Shown here piece by piece: positions 36,301 to 45,677 of a stretch of 50,977 nucleotides of DNA. The stretch's first letter is position 1. Each line of letters starts with the position of its first letter. The stretch comes from Klebsormidium nitens (taxonomy: Eukaryota; Plantae; Klebsormidiophyceae). The notes under the pieces were generated by a model that did no database searches, had not been told where the DNA came from, and worked only from the letters and a program-made list of their open reading frames with translations. The translations under genes and the position numbers were made by a program. The stretch covers positions 317,506-368,482 of the forward strand of contig DF236971.1 in the NCBI GenBank assembly GCA_000708835.1. The letters run 5' to 3'.

Positions 36301-37723
36301 TCGGATGTGCTCCAGCTCTGGCGCAAAGCTCGGTGTAGACCATCTTAACGGTGGTATATCTTCGCCCAAAGCATGATAGAATCTATTTCAGGACACGTCT
36401 GCACAAAGAACTGACCAACTTCACACCTGATACGGTACGCTTAGTTTTCTTGAAGCTCAGACGCACTTGATGCAACTTCATACTAGCATCCGCTTGCAAG
36501 GCACTCTTCTGTCAAACCTTTTGAAAACACTCCCTAAATTGGTCGGTCATCGTCTTTTTGCAGCTGAACCTCTACTTCAAGAACAAGGCCCAATTGGCGG
36601 CTCCGTCCGCAGTCCCCGCACCCCCTTTGGCCCCCGGGGTTGCTTCCCGGCCCCCCCCTCCTCCATCCGGGCTGGTACCCCCGCCGCCTGGAGTGGCTGG
36701 TCCACCCCCCCGGGACGTCGTTCCGAGCTCTGGGCCTGCCAGACCACCCCCGCCTCCAGGAGCAGGTAGGATTCGGTCGTGCTTCATTTGTTCCCGCTTT
36801 GTTCTTACATGCAGGGTTTGTCTCGGTCTCTTTTTCCACAAGTTCTCTCGTGTCGTTTTGGAACTTCTTGAAAGGAGAGCCAAAGTGGAGGCAAGTAGGC
36901 CGCAGAATAAATCCTGGATTGTCGAAAAGACTCGAGAGACTCAGGGGACAATTCAAATAGACGCAGGGGCTTTTGTCTCGCATCCTTTGCTGCGTCCTTC
37001 CAGGGTACGTCTCTCAAGCAAGTAGCGCCGAGGCAAAATGTTTAGAAGCGAAGCGGATTGGCTGACGAAGAGAGTTTGAGCAGCCGGGTGCTCTTGATGT
37101 TGCCAGAGTCTCGGTCTTGTCTCCGCTATTTGAAGATGGACAGCTCACCTGTAAAAGGGGGCCTGCCCTTCCGTATTACCGCATACATTCCACCAGACTG
37201 TCTTCGTCAATCAGCACGATCTCAGACGCCCCAGCCTTTTCCTGTCTGCACAAATCAACGAACCTATACCAGGTTGTAACTGACTTTTTCACGAATAACT
37301 CTCGGTTGGATGGCCTCTCATCATCGCTTGTGCGCATTCTCTTCAGGTGCGCCCCCTCCTTTCGCAAATGGCCGACCCCCCCCACCACCTCAGGCTGCCG
37401 GTCAGCAGTTCGCTCGGCCGCCACCCCCCCAGTTCGCTAACCAGCCACGCCCCCCACCCCCTCAGTACGCCAACGCCCCTCCTCAGGGGGGCCCCCCACC
37501 GCCACAATTTATGGGCGGCGCACCCCCCCAGGGGGGCCCGCCTCCAGGCCCGTATGGGAATGCGCCTCCACCGGGGGGGCCGAATTATCCTGGGGGGCCG
37601 CCCCCTGGTGGAAATTACGGTCCTCCGGGGGGGCAGTTTGGGCAGGGTCCGCCGCCCCCTCAAGGGTATCAAGGAGGGCCTCCTCCTGGGCAGCAATACC
37701 GGGGTCCACCCCCGCCAAGATAG
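33364..37723 (+). CDS. SF3A2: Splicing factor 3A subunit 2 (SF3a66/SAP62/Prp11), 396 aa
   Basis: MDRDFGSKTGGGG, RRERLRRLALETIDLAKDPYFMRNHLGSYECKLCLTLHNNEGNYLAHTQGKRHQ zinc finger, VKIGRPGYRVTKQ, AAEPYEVIAFKIP and a Pro-rich tail. Exons 33364-33515, 34054-34223, 34689-34906, 35763-35834, 36564-36765, 37347-37723 (1191 nt). Confidence 0.95.
34860..35115 (+). repeat. Three tandem copies (~100 bp) of SF3A2 exon-3 3' end plus donor
   Basis: TTCAAG|GT occurs after 34906, 35007 and 35105, each preceded by a TTTGC..GAGCCGTA-like sequence and followed by a CATATG-containing tail. Confidence 0.85.
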
Positions 37724-39028
37724 TTTATCATCGGAGAAAGCCGGTACGTAAACTGAGCTTTTGGCTACAGGCTTTTCTTCAATGTAGCTTCGAGGGGCTT
37801 TCTTATCGCTGTAATGAGCTGCTGCTTTGATGAAAAGCCAACATGGAGCTCGCAAAGGAACCGTTCAATGGCCTTTGCGCTCGGCATGGCTGCAAAGGCC
37901 TCATGAGTGAGTCTGGTCGCACTCTTTCGTATCCAACCCTTCACCTATTGGAGCTGCAACAGCCCATAGACTTCGTAGACTTATGAGCACTGTGAACTTG
38001 TCTCTCAAGCGGTTGCAATGATGCAGGTTTGGTGAGACGGCTTTTCGGCTCTGAAGGCTAGCCGTACCGTATGCAATGATGTCAAATGCCAATGCATTCT
38101 ACCAAAGACTTGTCTGAAGAGCATGCCGCGTTGTAGATGTAACTCAACAATCATTCTACATTGCCGTCGCAAATTTAGGATGGTCCTTCACATAGCTACT
38201 CTTACATTCATTGCACTACTTTTCGATGAGCGTCCGACTGTGCTTGTCTATCTTCCCATTGCAACAGCTACGTCAAATGCCACGGCTTACATTATATTGC
38301 ATAAATCATCGATGATCATCATGGAAGCGCGATGGCGACTCGGATCATTGCCGTTGAGGGTCGCGGCTGGCTCACGCGAGGGGGGAGCCCGGCGGCCGCG
38401 GCAAAACTGGTGACCCGCGGCCGCCAAAGGGTTTCACGTGAAACAGGTGGCATTCTGATCTGGAGACATCGTTAGATTTGAAAGATATGGTTAAGAACAC
38501 CGGGAAACGTACCGCTTGAGAAAACCGGCGTGCGCAGCAGCTATTATCAAAGTACCATGGTTCTCAACGGCGTCAAGAAGCCGGCACTGTTAGGTACAAG
38601 GGTTGCAATTCAAACCCGCTCCTAGGCCACGTGCATACGGCAAGCAGCATGCAGCCGTCTGAAATCGTCATCTACGGCTGACAGTAAAAGGCCAAACCGT
38701 ACAACCTTAGTACCGTTTCTACCTATCTGCACGAGTCCGGGCGCAAGATTGATGTGCCAAGTGCTGCAACTTGCAAGTTTGTCGCCATCATCAAAGTGGA
38801 AACATGCCATCATTCTGCTAGCTGTGCCTGTGGCGTTGTGACACCATGCGAAGGCTCTTTGCAAAGCAGCGCCGATCCATCATTTCATGGCTCTGTTGCG
38901 AGCTCAGCTCTTTCAGCACAATCTTAATGTACTGACTGTCATCCGAAACAACCCAATGGGGGAGCACTCCTGTTTGAGTTATTTGATTTAAGCTATCGCG
39001 AGACATTGAGCTGCGGACACAGGCAGGG

Positions 39029-42000
39029 ATGGCTGCAAAGCCCGCCTCCTGCATGCATACAGCCAGCGCGCAGCGCATTCAGCTGGCAATTTTGTTTCTT
39101 GCATCGCTGATCCACACCCTCTTGGTACCCGCCGTCTGTCATGATGTGGGGGTCCTCATGTTCCTGCACGACGCCTTTGGGAGTCCCCCTGTCTTGTCAA
39201 ACTGGTCTTGGGCCAAGGAGCCCTGTCAGCCGCCGTGGTTTGGGGTGAAGGAGTGCAATCAGACGTCTGGTTGCCACACGATTGGGGATGCATCAGAGGA
39301 AGAGCAGAACTGCAGGTGAAGCATAAATGTTTCTTCTCTTGGTAACAACTGAGGATTCAGCTACGCTTTGCATCTGGAATTTCAGCTGGTTTGGCAGCGG
39401 TCAATAGGTGGTTTGACAAACAGGTAACTCTTGTGCTTATTGGTGCTGCAACCGTTGAAACAGCTGAAGGCTTTCCATAGACAGCCAGCTGCGGTGGTGA
39501 CTTTGGTCAGTCTCCTGTTCGTTCAAATGCGTTCGTCGCCTCCCGCTTGCAGAAGCCATGAGCCTCACAAAGTAGGATAAGAGGTGTTCTCAAGTATGTT
39601 GATTAATGGTCAGCAGCACTGTGCTGCCTGGAAGCTTCGCTGTGCTTGGTTTCACCACTCAGGAGGAGAGGCTGATCATTGTCAATCTTTCTTCGTTTGT
39701 TTCTTATATCACACCTCTGTTCGAAAAATTGCCACAGTATTATGTTGTTCAAAGGTGTCTAGCAAAGATTAGAGCTTTAGGGCACTTTCAACCGAATGTA
39801 AGCGCCGGCTGCGAAGGGCCTCTGTCCGTCATGTACCACCAGCTGGCTCATTCCTACCATTTCTTTGACCACCTTTCAGTCGCACAAGGCCATGACATCA
39901 TCAGGATGACGTCATTTCTTATCTAGAATCTTCTGAGCAGACTGTGACTTCTTTTGCAATCGCTTGAAGGGGGTCTTGGTTGGAGTCGATCAGGGGTAGT
40001 CCCTCAAGTATCCACCCGAGATCTCTCAAGTGTTTGCTCGTAGTGGCCATGTTTGTATTCGGCTTACAGGTACCATGACCTTTGAGCTAGTTTTGGAAAG
40101 CACAGACACATACGCTGGCCAAAGACTCACGTCTTCAAAGGTGCTTTGTTGGTGTTACTTCCGTAACCAATAGCATTCTTCTGCTTAGCCGCCCTCTTGC
40201 GTTACTTACTGGGACTCCACATCATGTCGTCTACTTCTCTTACAGAAGCCAAGAACTTTCGTGTTGCTCGCTCTGTCTCAGCACAGTCTTTAGAGATCCT
40301 CTCTTCCTGGCTCTCTCTCTCACATTTTGTTCCGGCGAAGGCTGCACAGCTGTCCCCGCTCCTTTCTCTAAAAGCAGTCTCTTTCTTGTTTGAGGACTCT
40401 CCCGTTGTAGCATCATCAGATTGCCAAGGCTCCAGATTCTTTGTTGTACGCTTTTTCACGTGAAAGTGGTGCTGCTCCTCTTTCTTCAATTGTCGGACCA
40501 CCTCCTGTCAGCTCTTCACTGCCCGACCACAGAAATTTCTGGAACGCCCCTTTTGCGCATCAAAGCCCTTCTGGCCCTCGTTCCTGACTCATTATAAATT
40601 CTCGAGTTCCGACTTTGACTTTTCGTTTCGTCGCCCTCGGTCTTCCTTTCTTCCATTCGCGTCACCTTTCGTTTTCTCGCGAAAATGTCCTGAACGTTTT
40701 TGAGGAGGTTGTTTCCTTGTGCATCAATAATACTGTTCCTCAAATCTATGAACTTCAGCCCCTCTTTTCCTCATCCTTACTTCTTTGCTAACCTACTTTA
40801 TACGCTTCAGAGGCATGGTTCACATGAAAGTTGATCGACACCAAGCTCCTCCACTTCGTTTCTTAAGGTCTGAGCTTTATGCATTCTGCAACTCTTTCAG
40901 ATTCGCCCCTCCCTTTTCTCTTTCTAGGGTCCTTTCGCTCTCTCAGGCTGGTAATTCTCGACTGCATTAATGGCCGATTGCACTGGCGCAAAGTACCAGG
41001 AGGACGGGTGGAGTTAGTTGAGGGGTTAGGTTGGGTGCGGTTGCAGAACGTGTTATTTTGGGTTTGAATCTTTCGTTACGGGTGCCCGGGGCTTCGTTTG
41101 ATGCTATCGGTCGTTTCACACAAGAGTTGCCAGAAAATTTCCCCTCGAAGATCTTGGCTCTTGAGCCTCACTCCGTTTGTCGGGGCCACACCAGCAGAGT
41201 CTAACGAACAGCCTACAATCAGCTTCTCTTTCGTATGAGGTCTTCTCACGTTCCCCCCCCCCTGTTTCGTTTGCAGGGTTCTCGCTCTTGACCTACACTC
41301 CCTCGGCCTGGGGGGCACCATCTCGTTCGTCCTGGGCGACGCGTGGCGCCTCCAATTCCTCGACTTGAGCGACAACAGCATCGGGGGGCCCCTCCCCGTT
41401 GGAACCCAAGGCATCGCCAAAATGGGCGATCTCCAATACTTCAACGTCTCCCATAACCAGCTGAACGGGTCCATACCCTATGACATCGGCTACATGTACA
41501 GCCTGCAGACCGCGGACTTATCGTACAATAACTTCAGCGGGGAGCTTCCCGCCAGTCTCGGAGTATTGGCGTCCGGGGGAAACTTGACCTACCTCGACTT
41601 GACCGGGAACCAGTTTACCGGGCCGGTGCCCCCACAGCTCGCCACTATACCGACGCTCAAACTTGGCTCGGTGACGCCTACCGGTCAGATTGACCTCGGT
41701 GGCAATAGCGGCCTGTGCAGGTAAGTCCCGTATTCTACAGAATATTCACTCCATGGATGATAGAGTCGTTCTGACACGCATATACAGTCTGGCACACCGG
41801 GCTGATCGGCTGCAGCACCGGGACTAGCACACCGACAAACGAAAGGGGAATTCTCGCTTCTTTCGCAGCGGATGGTCGGGTTCGAGAATCGGACTGACGA
41901 CCTTTCGGCACATTCCCTTTTATTGTGTTAGCAGTAAGTACGACGCTCCACCAACTGAGCTACCCCGAGGCGGGAGGTCGGTGTATCAGGCGAAGACAAA

Positions 42001-42684
42001 CTAGAGATTCTAATGAAGGTTAATTCTGGAGCTCCGCACCCAAGCCCACCCTAACCCCACGCTAAACCTACCCATTCCTTGGGCTTGACCTCAATATTCG
42101 TTTGGCTTCTTTCTCATAAAACGAGACTTCTGCTCTGCAGCGAAGTCATCCCCGGGCTATCTCCCTGCCCGCCCGGTACAGTGCTCCCCGGGCTCAATAC
42201 CAGCCAGCCGCCACTGCCGCATCTCTCCCCGGGGGCGCTTTCTCCGCCCGCGCCGAGGGCATCCGTCTGGGGGTCGGCGGTCCTTCCAATCCAGGCGCTG
42301 GCTCCTTCCACGGTCAATCTTTCCAGAGCCCGGGGACCAGCCCCGGTGCCAGCTCCGCTTCCGATGCCAGCTGCAATTCCGGTGCCAGCCCCAGCTTCCG
42401 GCCCAGTCCCCTCTCCGATCGCTCCCAACGCCCAGGCCCCGGTGCCAATAGCGACCGGTACAAGCTCCCCGGTTGCTCCCGTCTCCAACAACCCGGCTGT
42501 GGTGACCCCAAGTACCCCCGGATCAAATTCCACCGCTGTATTGAACACGACCGGCGCTTCAAGTACGCCCGGGAGTGCCGTAGGGGCCCCCACGGGAGCA
42601 GCACGCGGTATGAGTGGTTATTCGAGCATCATGGGAGTCCGGGCTTGGTCGTTGCTCGTGTTTGTGTATGTACAATGTTTATAG
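39029..42684 (+). CDS. Secreted plant-type LRR protein with Pro/Ala/Ser/Thr-rich (AGP-like) stalk and hydrophobic C-terminus (putative GPI anchor), 424 aa
   Basis: Signal peptide; LRRNT-like WSWAKEPCQPPWFGVKEC; plant LRRs (LDLSDNSIGGPLP, NVSHNQLNGSIP, DLSYNNFSGELP, DLTGNQFTGPVP); GNSGLC cap; AP/VP repeats; C-terminal WSLLVFVYVQCL. Exons 39029-39315, 41277-41720, 42141-42684 (1275 nt). Confidence 0.8.
41874..41969 (-). tRNA. Degenerate tRNA-like sequence (pseudo-tRNA or tRNA-derived SINE head), body most like tRNA-Ile, with a ~25-nt insert in the anticodon region
   Basis: The minus strand reads CTCGGGG TAGCTCAGTTGGTGGAGC GTCGTACTTAC...GTGCCGAAAGGTCGTCAGTCCGATTCTC GAACCCGAC. The A-box/D-arm is near intact; the B-box (GTCCGATT), T-stem and acceptor stem are mismatched. 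Confidence 0.55.
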
Positions 42685-43406
42685 TACCAGACTGCTTACT
42701 TGCTGCAAGATTACAGACTTCGATCATGTGTGATATCTAGGGCAAGAAAGCCGCGCAACTACATTACAGCATCCATAGTAGGTAGCCCTCTGTAGCTAGG
42801 GGAAGGAACGTCCAGTAGCTAGTCGATCAAATACGGCGCTGATCATCGGTTAGGCCTTCTCAGAATTTCGCAGTCACGTGTTGTCAACAGTCATCTAGTT
42901 CGGCAGGCCTCGCAGCTGGTTGGCCGCTTGAGATTCTAGCAGAACAACTGTTTCAGAAGAAGCTTGCCCCCTTATTACTGGTCGATCCCCATGCAAGATT
43001 CGGGAAGAGAGCATACGCATTGGGCCAAGGTAAGTCTGTTTCTCGGACGGTTCGGTTGGTCACGGACTCAACGTAGAATTTCATCAGTACCATCCGGGTG
43101 CAATCCTGAATACAGGTCGTTCAATACCGTACCCAACTGAACTTACCCAATTGTTTCCGTTTCGGTCGGCCGCGCATCCGATGTGATCCTGCATAAGTCA
43201 TGCCTCGCGATCCATTCGAGGCATGATATGCAATCTGCTGCGACCTGGCCGCGCATCCAGTCAAACTCGAATTTGGTGTACGGGATGCGAGCACGGAGGA
43301 TGCGAGCAATGGAGGTATTGGATACATAATTAAGCAGCTTAAATTGAGTTCTTGGTCATTCTGATGAAGTATAGGTGCAGCAAAGACTAGGAACTATACA
43401 TGGATC

Positions 43407-43837
43407 GCCGTCTGTGTGACGGCAAACGCTTGCCTCTTTCCTGATTATGTATGGCTGAGCAATGGCAATGCAATCTAATTCTGCTTTCGATCGTCGAAAG
43501 CTCGTATGTACAATGTGGATGTACAATGTTGGCCGTGACACCAGCGACCAAGCAAGCACGAAACTTAGGCGTTTAAGTCCGCGAACATGCACGAAGCTGC
43601 TCGACACTAGGACTAGCACCATGCACTGGTCGCACCAAAATTGTTCGTAAGCTGCGAACTGCGCCGCACGCGGGCCCAGTCGGGCCAAATCTCGCACCTC
43701 TATGATGCCATTTTTCTAGGCCGTACGTACGCCGAGTTTTATCGTCGAAATGGGCCAAGCGAAGGAGGTCCACTGGCGCGCCCGCATAGCGGCCGCCGCC
43801 GTACAGCGACAAAAAATCCGATTTTCTAAGGAAGAGG
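43407..43837. repeat. Dispersed ~430-bp repeat, copy 2 (intergenic)
   Basis: Same blocks in the same order and orientation as 1323-1763; the exact 18-mer is at 43657-43674. Confidence 0.85.
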
Positions 43838-43896
43838 TCTGCAGACGGCCTCACCGGCAGCCAGACGCATCCGAAGCAAATGTTCTCGCTCGGTCT

Positions 43897-44197
43897 TGTC
43901 ATCCTACGATCCAATGAGTTTCGGAACAACTGCCTGAGATACTAGCTCTACTATCATCTGCTACCTTATCTTCCGAGACCACACAGTGACAGACCGTCAC
44001 CCCATCGGCGTCCAAGCTGGCAGGAATACCATTGGCCCAGCCTTCAACGTCATGCGCAGAGTGTAGGTGCATACATCAAGTCCTGCCAGGAGAGTTGGGC
44101 TAGCTGAGCTAGAGTGTCAAAGGTTATATAGGAAGGATAGTTAGATAGTTAGCATCTCAGTACCATTGTTCGAACTCGGTCGGATCGTGTGTTGACA
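43897..44197. mobile_element. Foldback/MITE-like element with diverged ~70-bp inverted arms
   Basis: The left arm TGTCA..ACGATCC..GAGTT..AACAA..CTGAGAT.CTA..ACTATC matches the reverse complement of 44130-44197. Confidence 0.55.
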
Positions 44198-45677
44198 CTC
44201 TTCGGGCCCATGGCGCAAGCTACGGTCCTTATAATAGAAGTACGAATGAATGAATGAGTGGATGCCCTGAGCCCTTCAGGAAGACTGAGAGGGAAGCCAA
44301 TATTGGATGACTGGATGAGCCTATAGCGCAGCATCGGTTTGCAGCCGCGAATGATATTATACTTGAGACTCGGAGCTATAGCTGCTGGAGTCGAGCAACT
44401 CGAAGGGCCTACGGAGCTACGGCATATTTAACAGAGACCCTTACCCAAAAAGTTGCGCGGGCGCGCAGCTTCCAACATGGTGCGGCCGTGCAGTATTTCG
44501 ATGTCCAAATCATTGCTCGCATGCACTTAGCACAGCGCGCGGCCGCCAGCCCACCGGATGGATCGTGTCTGGGTCAGGCAGATATAAGCGAACATATACA
44601 TCATTCATCTCATGCATCATTTGGTAGTGGATCGCAACCTCAGATGACCAGCATGACGAGATGCATGAGTACGTGACCATGATTGGGCGGTTGCATATAT
44701 GCGAGTTCAAGTGCATGGGCAGCAACGATGACTTAGGTCTCGTGCCGTCGTACCGAAATGGTAACTTAAGCGCTCATCTTCGGTCCTCCGGACCATGATG
44801 AGAAAGCTCACGCTTCAATTTATCAAGCACGTGGTATTGACATTAGTACAGACCCGGTATACAAAATCTTGCTAGAGAAGCAGTGTCCAAAGCTGTACGC
44901 GGACGTCGGAGGTGCGCCTAGCAATTCTCCGGCCGGCGCGGAGCCTTGTTGTTAACAAACAATATGCACTTGCAATGCACACACGTGTTGCTGCAGCTAT
45001 ATATTACGATATTCGACGAAATAGCGCTGTAACCAAAGTTGGATAAATAGAGTATTGCTTGTGCACGTGGAACCCCGACCCGTGCACGGCGCCCTGAATA
45101 GAAACGACAAGTTCGAAGCAAGCTTGTCAATAGCACCTGTGAAGGCTCGCAACCGGGTTCAATAGAACATACCACAATTTATGCTCTGGTGTCATCGATC
45201 TACAGCAGCGGTCCGTCGTTAGCCACACTTTCTGATTCGCATTGGCCTTGCCACCTCAACAAGATTGCGTAAATCGAAGGGACCACGTATCCTACTCCAT
45301 TCCCTTGATCAAAGTAAGAGATATCCGATCCAAACCTCGATTTTGTTACCACGCTGAGCCGCCTACATGTTGAGCACGAATTTATGGTCTACTCAAGTTT
45401 ACGAGTGTCAATGAACTAGGCGCTTCAATCAAACACCACGACAACATACGAAAGCAACGTTCTAACTTTGACTACCTTTTCTTAGCCCTCTCCCTCGGTA
45501 ACTTTTGTTCGAACATCGGCTCTTTCACTTTGCTCGCCAGTTTCTGAATTAATACAATCCGGTGATTGCCTCTCTCACTTTTCTCGCAACCTCCTAAAGT
45601 AGTATAAGGTGTTTTCGAGAAAGACTAAGCTGCCAATGCATAGGCTAACCAACACTCCAACACCGCGAAGTAGCAAG

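Noticed and set aside
38431-38445. 15/16 match to the bacterial parS consensus (TGTTTCACGTGAAACA)
   Set aside because: Eukaryotic intron-rich context with no ParB/ParA genes; more simply an extended G-box palindrome.
42114-42593. 159-aa Gly/Ala-rich minus-strand ORF
   Set aside because: Antisense shadow of the Pro/Ala-rich LRR exon 3.
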